From a virus (taxonomy: Duplodnaviria > Caudoviricetes), in IMG/VR virus record IMGVR_UViG_3300029288_000072, positions 134,443-198,442 of that record: DNA of 64,000 nt. One strand, written 5' to 3'. The stretch's first letter is position 1. The number at the start of each line of letters is the position of its first letter. Positions 38,956 to 49,479 of the stretch are shown here, in pieces. The notes beneath the pieces are model-generated. The model saw only the letters and a list, made by a program, of their open reading frames with translations. It was not told the DNA's origin and made no database searches. The position numbers and the translations under genes were made by a program.

Positions 38956-41900
38956 TTATGCGAAAAGATCTTCTATGTCCTCTATTTCACAATTTGGTAT
39001 TTCCCATCTTAAAACTTGAAAAAATTGATGTAATGGTTTCATGAAAATCTTCTCCCACATTGTATCATAATCTATACAATCTTCTAGACCAAATTCTGAT
39101 GGTATTTTTTCTTTAAATGAAATTGCATTATTTCTAAAATGATCCTGTTCATGAATATATACTACTCGTACTTTGTCACCTTCATATATTAATTCATATT
39201 TGTCTTCTAACTTCATTTCTTTAATTAATTTATTATAAATTATGGCACCTTTTATATGCTGTGGACATCCTTTGATCGGATATCCAGTCAAAGAATCTGT
39301 ATATTTTTCCAAATTATTCGCAGTACTTACTTTAGATATTGATACTGGTGTAGATTTCATAAATTCTGTATAATATTTTAAAATTTCATTTTTAACTTTT
39401 TCTTTATCTAATGTTTTCATTAATATTGTAACTACAGATTTTAATGCGTTTCTTACAATTTCTGGTGTGCTTGATCTGACAATTTCAACCCCTTTAACCT
39501 CTAATTCGTGTTCATCACCCTCTGGAATATCCTTCCCTTCCATGTTTAATACATATGCAACATATCTCTTTTTTGCTAAGTGTAATCCTCTTCTAGATAT
39601 CATTTCTCTCTTAAATGATATTCTGTTCTCTGGACAATTCATTCTTACTTTCGCAAGATGTTCCATTCTTGTATCAATTATTTTTGTAATTAATGGTGAT
39701 ATCTTTTCATCTAAAAACTTTACAGTCTTTTGAATATCAGTATCATCATAATTAATACTTTTTAAAATTCTTCCTGCTGCTAAATAGCAAGAATTGTGTA
39801 ATAATATATCGTTTGCAAAATATGTATGTGGAGTATCTACCATTCCTATATCATAAACGTCCTGATAATCAGAATTAATGTATTCTACTGACTCTACTTC
39901 GTCAACTTCATAATCTAATTGTAATTCATTGTTTTGCAGTTCACAATCAACATATATATTATGTTGTTTATACTTCAAACTAATTATTTTATCACCACGG
40001 ATTATTTCTTTTGGTTTCTTTTCTACTAATTTTCCATTACTATCTATAACCATACATGAATGGTCTTCTGTAACACTTACATGTTTGCCAGATTTTGTTT
40101 TTATTTTAAATATAGGTTTTTGTACAAAATGTCTCTCAATATACTGGACCTTACCAAAATTTATTTTCTTGTTTTCTTCATCATAAAACGGTAATTCCGT
40201 ATTATTACAAAATATAAATGCTCTTCCATCATGATGTACTTTTATTAAGTTATCATTTTGTATTGCTTCTTGTTCAAAAAACTCTCTAAAAGTCTTTTTT
40301 TTACCATTTTTCATAACAACAATATCAGAAAAAACGTTGGAGTCGGTGTCATTATACGTAATAATATTACTGATATTTTTAGCTTTTAATTTTTTTCCAA
40401 TGTTAGTATCTTCCCATTTTTCAAAATATGAGTTTATTGCATGAGAAGTATTTTTAATTATTTCTTGACCAGTTAAAGTAATAGCAGCAGCACTATCTTG
40501 GTCATATAATCTAGACCATTCAGTACCAAAAAACCCAAAAACAGAGTTTATCAAAATTTTAAAATTATACTGAAGTCCATTTTGAATTTTTTCTTCATCA
40601 TGATTGCCAGATTTTTTAGCATCTTTCATTAAATTTTTATGATAATTTCTTTTTTGAAACCATTCTTCTACGAATTTTGGTACAACACCTTGTTTATCAT
40701 GTCTATAAATTGCACCATTTGATGCGATTGATAATTTGTGTTCTTTTATTTTATTTACCCATTCTATACATGTAGAACCATCTTCTGTTTCAATATCTCT
40801 GTGTTTATTTTTTTCAAAATCTTCTAACATATCAAGAATAATTATTGCTTCTTGTTCAGTAACTTTTGATATTTTTGTTTCTGGAGATATATTATGTTGT
40901 ATCATAATAGACGGATACAGAGAGGTTGCATCATATGACATCAACCACTCATGTACACCAGTTTGGGGATCGTGAACATATGCACCTGTAAATTTATCAT
41001 TTTTTTCTGACCCCGCAACATCCGGTAAAACTATTTTATCCAATAACAGTTTAGATATGAATGCCCCATCTAATATTTTTGTTGTAACCGCAAATTGTTC
41101 AAATGGAACTCTGCATCCATAACAAATAGTTGTCATAATGCTCATAAACTGTAATTTTTCATCTAATTTAATTAGAAGATTAACGTCTTGTACGTTATAT
41201 TCTACGTATTTTTGCCAATCTTTATTATATAGTTCTTTTAATGATCCTTCATAATGGATTTTAGACTCATTTATTTCTAATCTAGCTATATAATCAAGTC
41301 TATATGATTCTTGTTGATTTGGGTGATATTTCTTATAAAGTTCTAAGTAGTCTATACAGTTTATACCTGCAATTTCAAATCGTTCTACTTCTTTATTAGA
41401 AAACTTTGTTCTTGATATATGTTTTTTAATAATACCTATAGGAGAAAGTTTACTTGTTTGTCTTTCTCCTAATATTTTATTACAACGGTTTATTATATAT
41501 GGTATATCATATGAACTACTGTTCCACCCCGAAACTATATCCGGATGGATCTGATTAATAAATTTTACAAACGTTGCCAACAATTCTTTTTCTGTTTTAA
41601 AAGATTTTACATAATGGTTCATTTCTCCATTTTTATCTTTTAAAAAATCTGTATTAAAATCGTTTGCAGCAAAAATATAATATTTTTGTCGTTTAGTTGA
41701 CCATACAGTAATAATTACAATAGGATGTTCTGCTTCTTCTGCCTTTGGAAATCCTGTTTCAGAATGCACTTCGATATCTATAAAATGTACGTCGAATTTT
41801 GGTGGGATTAATTCTTGTCCTGCCCAATGATCTAAAATAAATCTATTATTTTGTGATATATCAGATTCGAACAATTTTCTTCCTGCATCTTTATACATTT

Positions 41901-42105
41901 TTTTAGTATCAATAAATTTTCCTATTGTGTCAAATTCAACCTTTCTTAGTTTATCTCCATAAATTGAAGTATATTCTCCTTCTGGATGTTGCATATAAAA
42001 ATAAAGGGGAGCCGCCTCTTTATAATGGCGTTTCTCCCCTTCATTGTCATATTCCCACCAATGAATAGTACTATTTGATTTTTGGAAATATACTGAACTA
42101 TACAT
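38956..42105 (-). CDS. 43: Family B DNA polymerase (T4 gp43-like) with mini-intein
   Basis: DIEV exo I, GWNS..YD, YNVQDV, DATSLYPS, KILINSVFG, YNDTD|S, KKRY, KGVE. Confidence 0.97.
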   Translation of the reverse strand: MYSSVYFQKSNSTIHWWEYDNEGEKRHYKEAAPLYFYMQHPEGEYTSIYGDKLRKVEFDTIGKFIDTKKMYKDAGRKLFESDISQNNRFILDHWAGQELIPPKFDVHFIDIEVHSETGFPKAEEAEHPIVIITVWSTKRQKYYIFAANDFNTDFLKDKNGEMNHYVKSFKTEKELLATFVKFINQIHPDIVSGWNSSSYDIPYIINRCNKILGERQTSKLSPIGIIKKHISRTKFSNKEVERFEIAGINCIDYLELYKKYHPNQQESYRLDYIARLEINESKIHYEGSLKELYNKDWQKYVEYNVQDVNLLIKLDEKLQFMSIMTTICYGCRVPFEQFAVTTKILDGAFISKLLLDKIVLPDVAGSEKNDKFTGAYVHDPQTGVHEWLMSYDATSLYPSIMIQHNISPETKISKVTEQEAIIILDMLEDFEKNKHRDIETEDGSTCIEWVNKIKEHKLSIASNGAIYRHDKQGVVPKFVEEWFQKRNYHKNLMKDAKKSGNHDEEKIQNGLQYNFKILINSVFGFFGTEWSRLYDQDSAAAITLTGQEIIKNTSHAINSYFEKWEDTNIGKKLKAKNISNIITYNDTDSNVFSDIVVMKNGKKKTFREFFEQEAIQNDNLIKVHHDGRAFIFCNNTELPFYDEENKKINFGKVQYIERHFVQKPIFKIKTKSGKHVSVTEDHSCMVIDSNGKLVEKKPKEIIRGDKIISLKYKQHNIYVDCELQNNELQLDYEVDEVESVEYINSDYQDVYDIGMVDTPHTYFANDILLHNSCYLAAGRILKSINYDDTDIQKTVKFLDEKISPLITKIIDTRMEHLAKVRMNCPENRISFKREMISRRGLHLAKKRYVAYVLNMEGKDIPEGDEHELEVKGVEIVRSSTPEIVRNALKSVVTILMKTLDKEKVKNEILKYYTEFMKSTPVSISKVSTANNLEKYTDSLTGYPIKGCPQHIKGAIIYNKLIKEMKLEDKYELIYEGDKVRVVYIHEQDHFRNNAISFKEKIPSEFGLEDCIDYDTMWEKIFMKPLHQFFQVLRWEIPNCEIEDIEDLFA
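39793..40341 (-). mobile_element. Mini-intein (183 aa, no homing endonuclease) at the DTD|S site of Pol motif C
   Basis: Starts Ser after YNDTD; block B VTEDHS; block F VYDI; ends HN followed by Ser. Confidence 0.92.
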
Positions 42106-42107
42106 TA

Positions 42108-42569
42108 TTATTTACCTGATGACCCAAATCCTTTTTCTCCACGGGTTTCGTTTGTTGGTTTTTCTTGTATTTCTTGTAAAGAAATAACAGGTATTCGTTG
42201 AAAAACCATCTGTGCAATTTTATCACCTATTTCCACTGTAAATGTCTGTTCACCAGTATTTTGTAAAATTACCATTATCATGCCGCAATATGAGCAATCG
42301 ACGGTGCCTGGAGAATTTGTTACAGTAATTCCATATTTTGCTGCATTTCCACTACGGGGTCTAATCTGTGCTTCCCATCCATCTTGCATTTGAAGATGAA
42401 TACCAGTTTTTACAATCTTTCTATCTCCTGGTCGGAGAGTAACCTTTTCTGCCGCATACAAATCGTATCCAGCATCAGTGGAGTGGGCCTTTGTAGGCAA
42501 TTTAGAGTCTGGAAATTCTTGTAAATTTCTCCATACTCCAAATATTACTTCTTCATGGCAACAACTCAT
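42108..42569 (-). CDS. dut: Trimeric dUTPase
   Basis: AGYDL, RPRSG, NSPGTVD..Y.G, IAQ, RGEKGFGSSG. Confidence 0.96.
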   Translation of the reverse strand: MSCCHEEVIFGVWRNLQEFPDSKLPTKAHSTDAGYDLYAAEKVTLRPGDRKIVKTGIHLQMQDGWEAQIRPRSGNAAKYGITVTNSPGTVDCSYCGMIMVILQNTGEQTFTVEIGDKIAQMVFQRIPVISLQEIQEKPTNETRGEKGFGSSGK

Positions 42570-42910
42570 TCATCTTCCTCATCATCAAATGTATCGTCGT
42601 CTTTCTTTTCCGACTTTCTAGGAGTTTTTTGTTCCACTACTGGTTTTACATCGTCACCTTCCAATGACAATTCTTCTCTGAAAAACTTTAGAAGACCATA
42701 TTTTGACATTGCACATTTGTCAACTTCATTAATAAACTTTTCTTTATTTTCAAAGATTATCTTTCTTGGTGCGCCTCTGCCAGATTCGCGTGGTTTAAAA
42801 CGAACACAATCCATTTCCAATTCACCATCGTCCCATATGGTGACATGAATTTCGGCGTATTTCTTTGGCTTTTGTGCCTTTTCTTCATCTTCGATAAAAT
42901 CTTCTGCCAT
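42566..42910 (-). CDS. Hypothetical protein with acidic termini
   Basis: AAAGGAG SD; own extended -10 at ~42947. Confidence 0.65.
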   Translation of the reverse strand: MAEDFIEDEEKAQKPKKYAEIHVTIWDDGELEMDCVRFKPRESGRGAPRKIIFENKEKFINEVDKCAMSKYGLLKFFREELSLEGDDVKPVVEQKTPRKSEKKDDDTFDDEEDE

Positions 42911-42975
42911 TGTGTTCTCCTTTATTTAATTTGGCGCGAGGTATATATTATATCAAACTCTTTAAAGAGTGCAAT

Positions 42976-43629
42976 TTATTTGTTTATATACGTTGAAACT
43001 AATTTTCTTAATGTTTCTGGATAATCACAATCTATTTTTTCCCATTTTTCATAATATTCTTTTGGAATTTTTGGGTTATTGATTGCAGATCCACGATATA
43101 GATAAAATTTATTATGTTCTTTAAACATCTCTAACATTCTATCAATACTATATCCATTTTCTATATCAATTTTATTATCATATTCTGTAAAATTAAATAA
43201 TTTTTTATAGACAAATTTTGCTTCATCTACTGAATATATCTTTTTCTTGCCAAATATTTCATAGACCATTTCTTTATCTATTCTATCTACTAGCATATTA
43301 GAAATCTTTAATCCTCTTTTGATATCATTTTCCCAAAAGTCCAGCCAATTTTTCATATTGTCTGGTGTTCCATAATAGCAACATTTTAATTCTGCTTTTT
43401 TATTATATATTCCTATTAACCAATGAAGAGTTCTATATCTCTTTATCACGTTTAGAGTTAGGGAACTTGCAGTTGAAACTTTACCTACTGTAGTAGATTT
43501 AAGTTCAAATCCAACTATTTGTTTTTTAATTTTTAGTTTTGCATCGACACCAGTTCTTCCGGTATCTTTTATGAGTTCAAAAAGAGATATTAATTGTCGT
43601 TCTCTTTTATTATCCTGTATTTCAACCAT
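42976..43629 (-). CDS. PvuII-like type II restriction endonuclease
   Basis: QDN, GRTGVDA, ELKS, ST, I.RYR..W..IY, INNPKIP..Y collinear with R.PvuII as recalled; ~60 aa insertion. Confidence 0.75.
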   Translation of the reverse strand: MVEIQDNKRERQLISLFELIKDTGRTGVDAKLKIKKQIVGFELKSTTVGKVSTASSLTLNVIKRYRTLHWLIGIYNKKAELKCCYYGTPDNMKNWLDFWENDIKRGLKISNMLVDRIDKEMVYEIFGKKKIYSVDEAKFVYKKLFNFTEYDNKIDIENGYSIDRMLEMFKEHNKFYLYRGSAINNPKIPKEYYEKWEKIDCDYPETLRKLVSTYINK

Positions 43630-43933
43630 ATGTTATTGTGTTGCCATCCGTATCAGTTAATACTTCTTTTTCATCATATACTATTTTTTCTTTAATAGTA
43701 GATTCTTGAGAATTTTTAGTTATTCGTATTTTCATATTAGTAATTGAATTTATATAATTTGAAAATACTGATATTGTTTCATTAAAAAATCTATCTTCAA
43801 ATTTGATACCATCTAACATATAACAATCATTATCTTTATCATAATATCCACGATTGAACGAATTTGTTATTTTTATTATTTTTTTAATTTCTGAGAATTC
43901 TATTTTAAATGTTTTTTTATTTTCATCACTCAT
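43622..43933 (-). CDS. Hypothetical protein
   Basis: Overlapping operon ORF. Confidence 0.55.
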   Translation of the reverse strand: MSDENKKTFKIEFSEIKKIIKITNSFNRGYYDKDNDCYMLDGIKFEDRFFNETISVFSNYINSITNMKIRITKNSQESTIKEKIVYDEKEVLTDTDGNTITYG

Positions 43934-44135
43934 CAGAGATTTCCTTTTTAATTTTCTTTTTGGGTTTTATTGATTGTATTTGTTTTGACTTATTTATTAA
44001 TGTGTCCACATATCTGATATATATTTTAGCTTGTCTAAAATTCTTTGTCAAGTATTCTTTATATGTCTCTTGTAAATAAATTAATATTAACTTATCACAG
44101 TCTTCAACTGTTTTTATATTTTTTAAATTTAACAT
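43926..44135 (-). CDS. Small basic hypothetical protein
   Basis: Overlapping operon ORF. Confidence 0.5.
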   Translation of the reverse strand: MLNLKNIKTVEDCDKLILIYLQETYKEYLTKNFRQAKIYIRYVDTLINKSKQIQSIKPKKKIKKEISDE

Positions 44136-44142
44136 AAAAATC

Positions 44143-45195
44143 CTAGAAATTAAATGCGTCTTTATATTTATTAATATTATCTTCTAACCAACGATTCTGT
44201 AAAAATTCATGCTGTAAATTTATTGTATCATAGTATTTTTCATCATTATTGATCAGATCTTTTATTGATTGATACCAAGAATCTGGATCATTATCAACTA
44301 AATTAGGAGAATTTGTTTGATCATATGGACCCCTACCATTCCCAATTTTAGATAAAATAGCAGGAATATTTATTGCAGAATATTCTAAATATTTCAAATC
44401 TGATTTAGCATAATTAAATATACTATCATTAATTGGGGCAATAGCAATATCTGCTTTTACCTTTTGCATTCCTGCTGGATAATTATAAAAATGACTCCAA
44501 GGAATTACCTTTACTCTACCATTTAATTTAGGAGGGCATACACCTACAAATATCCATGTAAATTCATCCATAGTAGCTTCAATCATAGGAAGTAAAAATT
44601 CTAAATCTCCACCAGGGCCAACGTGAGATGCAGAACCAGCCCACATAATAACAGGTTTATCCCCATCTCTTTCTTCTTTTGTTGGTCTTTTACTTTCTGC
44701 TGGATTAGGATTCCACATAAATTTTGGTAAATAGTTTGGAATAACCACAGAATGTTGGATACCAAATTGTTGTCTATAAAATTGTGCTAAAAATTCGGTT
44801 GAAAATGTAATTCTATCTGACATCTTCATTATATCTACTACATTTTGTCGTCTGGTTGGTGTATAATATTGATATGCTAAAATATTATGTGGTTCAATTC
44901 CATGAACAAGATCATCTAATTCATACATTATTTTTGCTTTAGATTTAGTAGCATTTATACATTTTCTATATTCTGTTATACATTTCTTTTGATTTTCTGT
45001 ACATTGTCTTTGAAATCTAATTACAGAACTTGATTGTACTAAGTTTAGATCAAAAACGAATTGAAATAAAAATGTTGTATCCCAATTATATTCTGCCATA
45101 CAATAGTTTAAAGGTATTATATTTCTATAAAATCCACATCCATTTTTATCAGATGGAAAAATTATAACTCTTTTATGATCTTGCTGATTATCCAT
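44143..45195 (-). CDS. GT-B fold glycosyltransferase (GT4-like)
   Basis: GCGFYR, ELDD, FST..L, IPNY, WAGS.SH, DIAIAP..FN.AKS.LKYLEY. Confidence 0.85.
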   Translation of the reverse strand: MDNQQDHKRVIIFPSDKNGCGFYRNIIPLNYCMAEYNWDTTFLFQFVFDLNLVQSSSVIRFQRQCTENQKKCITEYRKCINATKSKAKIMYELDDLVHGIEPHNILAYQYYTPTRRQNVVDIMKMSDRITFSTEFLAQFYRQQFGIQHSVVIPNYLPKFMWNPNPAESKRPTKEERDGDKPVIMWAGSASHVGPGGDLEFLLPMIEATMDEFTWIFVGVCPPKLNGRVKVIPWSHFYNYPAGMQKVKADIAIAPINDSIFNYAKSDLKYLEYSAINIPAILSKIGNGRGPYDQTNSPNLVDNDPDSWYQSIKDLINNDEKYYDTINLQHEFLQNRWLEDNINKYKDAFNF

Positions 45196-45272
45196 ATATA
45201 TGTATCACCTTTAATGTATATCCTACCATTATATACGACAAAAATTAAAAATCAACATTAAGATTCAAATAA

Positions 45273-45280
45273 TATAAATA
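45273..45280 (+). promoter_or_regulatory. T4-type late promoter TATAAATA
   Basis: Exact consensus, 5 nt before ATG 45286. Confidence 0.65.
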
Positions 45281-45285
45281 CTAAT

Positions 45286-45993
45286 ATGCTAAAATATTAC
45301 GATTCTAAATTGAAGTTGTTAACAGAAAATTGGAAGAAAATTGTTAGAAAACGATTAGTAGAATCTGCTGTACTTTCTGGTGAATATTGGATTATTGATG
45401 GTTCACCAGTATTTGCAGACGGTGATATAGGAGATATGAATCATGAAGCACATGTTATTTCATATTTAACATCTCAATTTGCAAATTTATTAGGAATTGA
45501 TAAAGATGACGTTCCACATTTACAATATTTAGAAGACCAAATTAAACACAATTTTATAGAAGATGGTTTAATAGAAAAAGGCGAAGAATCAGAAGAAAAA
45601 TATGACAATGATCCAGCAAGTTTTATATTAGAATATTTAAAACAGAATTATTTACATGTATTTAATAATAATGAAAAACAATTAACAGACGCATTCTTTT
45701 TAGCATATGGATCTTCTGGAAGGAATGATGCAAGAGACTATGGAATGAAATATTTAGGATGGATTAGAGTTCAAGGAAATAATATACAAACATGGACTTT
45801 AACATCAGAAGATATGTCAAATATAACAAGAGGAATATCTAGCGTAATTGAACAGGAAATAGGATCTGAAGAAGATGATTTACAAGATTTAACATTTAAT
45901 GTTGAATCTATGACAAACAAAAAATATTATTCTGATGTACCATTTGAAGTCATTGATTCTGGTGATGTTACAAAATTATTAGCATATCGTTGA
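45286..45993 (+). CDS. Acidic hypothetical late protein (possible head-internal)
   Basis: Late promoter; LTE and LVE motifs near N-terminus. Confidence 0.65.
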   Translation: MLKYYDSKLKLLTENWKKIVRKRLVESAVLSGEYWIIDGSPVFADGDIGDMNHEAHVISYLTSQFANLLGIDKDDVPHLQYLEDQIKHNFIEDGLIEKGEESEEKYDNDPASFILEYLKQNYLHVFNNNEKQLTDAFFLAYGSSGRNDARDYGMKYLGWIRVQGNNIQTWTLTSEDMSNITRGISSVIEQEIGSEEDDLQDLTFNVESMTNKKYYSDVPFEVIDSGDVTKLLAYR

Positions 45994-46059
45994 TATTAAA
46001 TTAATTATTTTTCTGATATAATTAGTTTTGTAAACCTTTTATACTATTTGGGGAATAAT

Positions 46060-46602
46060 ATGTCAACAGAGAAAATTATCAAAAATCGTCGTCGTGGAAG
46101 AGGAAAAATAAAGATTACAAAACGACAATTAGTAGATAATTCCGAATTAGTACAAGAATTGGTCAATTTTAGAGCATCATATGAAAAAGAAGTAAATGAT
46201 CATAAAAATAAAATAAAAGAACGTAAAAAGAAAGGTGCATCTGCAACCGAAATTAAAAAATTAGAACAAAAAGAAATATTTGGAACTCCATCAGAAAGAT
46301 TAGGAGAAATATTCGTAAATTTAGTAGACAATTTCGCTACTAAAACAAACTTTTCTGGATACACATATCTTGAAGAAATGAAATCAAGAGCAATATTCTT
46401 CCTATTAAAATATAGCAAAAACTTTGATCCTGCTAAGAGTAAAAACGCATTCGCATATTGTACACAATTCGTATATCATGCATTTTTACAGGTAATTAAA
46501 AAAGAAAAGAAACATATTGAAACTAAAAAGGCATTAGTAGAAAAATACTATAATGAACGACATTTTGAGAGAAAAGATGATGACTTGATTTTTGGTGCAT
46601 AA
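46060..46602 (+). CDS. 55: Late-transcription sigma factor (T4 gp55-like)
   Basis: VDN.EL, LGE.F, NFSGYTY.EEM, NFDP.KSKNAFAY.TQ...AFLQ.IKKEKK. Confidence 0.92.
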   Translation: MSTEKIIKNRRRGRGKIKITKRQLVDNSELVQELVNFRASYEKEVNDHKNKIKERKKKGASATEIKKLEQKEIFGTPSERLGEIFVNLVDNFATKTNFSGYTYLEEMKSRAIFFLLKYSKNFDPAKSKNAFAYCTQFVYHAFLQVIKKEKKHIETKKALVEKYYNERHFERKDDDLIFGA

Positions 46603-46613
46603 TGTGTTATAAT
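46585..46613 (+). promoter_or_regulatory. Sigma70-type promoter for gp47/46 (TTGATT-17-TATAAT, extended TG)
   Basis: -35 at 46585-90, -10 at 46608-13, ATG at 46619. Confidence 0.6.
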
Positions 46614-46618
46614 ATGGC

Positions 46619-47707
46619 ATGAAATTATTATTAATATCAGATATTCACTTCGGAGTTAAAAAGAACTCCGAATTTTTTTTAAACTTAATAAAATCCTTTT
46701 TTATTAATCAAATAATTCCTGTAATTGAAAAAGAAGATATTGATCAATTATGGATTCTTGGAGATTTATTTGATGATAAATTTAATAAAGATATATTAAT
46801 GGAAAATGTAGCTATATCTATTCTAAGAACATTATTAAAAAATTATAAATCATTAGAGATAAAAATACTAATAGGAAATCATGATATTTATTATAAAGAT
46901 TCACTAAAAGTGCATGCACTTAAACCATTAGAAAAAATAAACTCAAGACTTGATATTATATCAACTGTTAAAGAATATGATTTAAATGGGTTTAAAATCC
47001 TTGCTGTCCCTTGGATTATTGATGGTAGTGAGAACTGGATACACTTTACAAAGATAATAAATGAATATGAAGAAACAAATATTAAAAAATATAATTTATG
47101 CATGGGACATTTTGAAATAAATGGATTTAATAAGACAAATGAACAAATAGAAGAAAATGGATTATCACAATCAATGTTTGATGCGTTTGAAGAAGTATAT
47201 TCTGGTCATTTTCATATAAAAGGTAAACATGGTCATATTAATTATTTAGGTTCTCCATATGAAATTACCTGGAATGACTTTGGTTCACAAAAAGGTATAA
47301 CTGTTTATGATACTGATACAAAAACATCAAAATTTATTGAAAATACTATTTCCCCAAAACATAAACATGTAAATATTTCATCAATTATAAAAGAAAAAGA
47401 GTTATTAAATACATTAGATAATAATATAGTAAAGTTTCATATAGATCAATCAATAGAGGAAGATAAATTAGTAAATATTTTAAACTTATTAGATAAAAAG
47501 AACTTATTTAATTTACAAATATTAGATGAAAGAATAGAAGATTTAGATAATGATTATGTAGACATTGATACTGATTTTGAAAAAGATGAACTAAAATATG
47601 GTTTGGATTATATAGAGCAAACAGAACATCCAGAAGATATAGATATAAAAGAGTTAAAAAATAGATTTATATTATTACATAAAACGATAATGGAAAACAA
47701 AAAATGA
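46619..47707 (+). CDS. 47: Mre11/SbcD-like recombination nuclease (T4 gp47)
   Basis: SDIHFG, LGDLFD, GNHD, GHFE, SGHFH, YLGSP. Confidence 0.95.
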   Translation: MKLLLISDIHFGVKKNSEFFLNLIKSFFINQIIPVIEKEDIDQLWILGDLFDDKFNKDILMENVAISILRTLLKNYKSLEIKILIGNHDIYYKDSLKVHALKPLEKINSRLDIISTVKEYDLNGFKILAVPWIIDGSENWIHFTKIINEYEETNIKKYNLCMGHFEINGFNKTNEQIEENGLSQSMFDAFEEVYSGHFHIKGKHGHINYLGSPYEITWNDFGSQKGITVYDTDTKTSKFIENTISPKHKHVNISSIIKEKELLNTLDNNIVKFHIDQSIEEDKLVNILNLLDKKNLFNLQILDERIEDLDNDYVDIDTDFEKDELKYGLDYIEQTEHPEDIDIKELKNRFILLHKTIMENKK

Positions 47708-49479
47708 AATTAGAAATTCAAAAAATATCAGTTAAAAACTTTTTAAGTGTAGGTTCTCAACCTATACTACTTACATATGAAAAAGGAATACATAAAGTTT
47801 CTGGTTCTATTGAAGGCACGTCAATAAGAAACGGAGTGGGAAAATCTCTATTATTCATTGATGCACTAGTGTTCGCATTTTATGGGAAAAGTATAAGAGA
47901 CTTAAATTTAGAAGAAATGATTAATGCTATTAATGGTAAAGAATGTTTGGTCATTGTTTGGTTTAAACTCAATAATATTGAATATAGACTTGAACGAGGA
48001 TTAAAACCAGGAATATTTGAATTATATAAAGAGGATATAAAACAAGATAAAATAGGTAGTAAACCTAAAGCACAAAAAGAACTTGAATATATTCTAGGTA
48101 TATCATATAAAAGTTTTATTAATATGATTACTTTAAATATAAATTCAAGTCAACCATTTTTTAAAATGTCTTCATCCGATAAAAGACAATTATTAGAAGA
48201 TATTTTAAATTTATCTGTATATGGTGATATGTTTGAATATATTAAAAAATCATATAATGATTCTAAAAATAATAAAAAAGTACTAACAACCGAATTTACA
48301 TCATTAGTAGAAATATATAAAAATAAACTTGATACTTATAAAAAAATAAAAGAACATAAAGAAACATTTGAGAAAACTAAAAAAGAAAAATTAAACGAAT
48401 TAAATGAAAAATTAAATACACAAGAAGTTAAAAAATCTTCATTATTAATAGAAAATATTGATTATAATAAAAAAATAGATGACCTAGATGATGAATTAAC
48501 ATCATTAAATACTAAAAATACAGAAATACTAACAAATATAAAAAGAAATATTAAAGATAAAGAAGAAAATGAAACTAAATTAAATAACTTAACCAAAACT
48601 CCTATATGTCCTATATGTAATACTCCTACAAATGATTCTCATGTAGAAGAATTTAAAACAGAATTGAAAGTAAAAATAATAAACTTAACTACATCAATCA
48701 CACATATGGAAAAAGAATCAAAAATAATATCAAATAAAATAAAATCAATTTCATCAAACAAAACTTCTATAAAAGAAAAAATAAATGATCAAAACAAAAT
48801 AAAAAAAGAATATGACAAACTATTAATTGAAATAGAAAATACCCATAAAGAAATAAAAGAAGTTGAATCTTCTTCTTTTATTATGACAGATGTAGTAACA
48901 AAAGAAGAAGTAATAAAAGCAAAATCTATTGCAACTATAAAAAAAGAAGAATTAAATAAAGAATCAGAAAATATGAAATATGCGGAAAGATTAAAAAATA
49001 TATTAGGTGATAAAGGTATTAAAAATTATATTATTAGAAAAATACTACCCATTTTAAATAAAAAAATGAATGAATATCTATCGGTAATGAATGCAAATTA
49101 TACTATAAAATTTGACGAAGAATTAAATGAAACATTAAAACATAGAAACTGTAATGTGTTTACATATAATAACTTCTCATCCGGCGAAAGAAAACGATTA
49201 GACTTAGCTTTAATGTTTACACTTATTGAAATATCTAAACTTAGAAGATCAATAGATTGTAATATATTAGTATTAGATGAAGTATTAGATTCGTCATTAT
49301 GTGCTGATGGTACAGAATTATTCTTAAACTTTATGAAAAATGGGTTTAAAAACAATTATCCTGACCTATGTACATACGTAATAACACATAACTCTAATAT
49401 AACAGAAAACTTTTTTGATAGTATAATAGAACTTAAAAAAGTTAATTCATTTACAAAACTCCATAATATTAAAAAATAA
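47704..49479 (+). CDS. 46: Rad50/SbcC-like ATPase (T4 gp46)
   Basis: KNFLSVG, NGVGKS, CPIC hook, FSSGE, LDEVLD, ITH. Confidence 0.95.
   Translation: MKLEIQKISVKNFLSVGSQPILLTYEKGIHKVSGSIEGTSIRNGVGKSLLFIDALVFAFYGKSIRDLNLEEMINAINGKECLVIVWFKLNNIEYRLERGLKPGIFELYKEDIKQDKIGSKPKAQKELEYILGISYKSFINMITLNINSSQPFFKMSSSDKRQLLEDILNLSVYGDMFEYIKKSYNDSKNNKKVLTTEFTSLVEIYKNKLDTYKKIKEHKETFEKTKKEKLNELNEKLNTQEVKKSSLLIENIDYNKKIDDLDDELTSLNTKNTEILTNIKRNIKDKEENETKLNNLTKTPICPICNTPTNDSHVEEFKTELKVKIINLTTSITHMEKESKIISNKIKSISSNKTSIKEKINDQNKIKKEYDKLLIEIENTHKEIKEVESSSFIMTDVVTKEEVIKAKSIATIKKEELNKESENMKYAERLKNILGDKGIKNYIIRKILPILNKKMNEYLSVMNANYTIKFDEELNETLKHRNCNVFTYNNFSSGERKRLDLALMFTLIEISKLRRSIDCNILVLDEVLDSSLCADGTELFLNFMKNGFKNNYPDLCTYVITHNSNITENFFDSIIELKKVNSFTKLHNIKK

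Noticed and set aside
42957-42970. Palindrome ACTCTTTAAAGAGT as an operator
   Set aside because: Single AT-rich instance with no second copy seen; could be chance or a weak terminator
42976-43629. Apparent absence of CAGCTG as proof of PvuII-site avoidance
   Set aside because: Only about 2 sites are expected in 64 kb at this composition and I could not scan exhaustively; not significant
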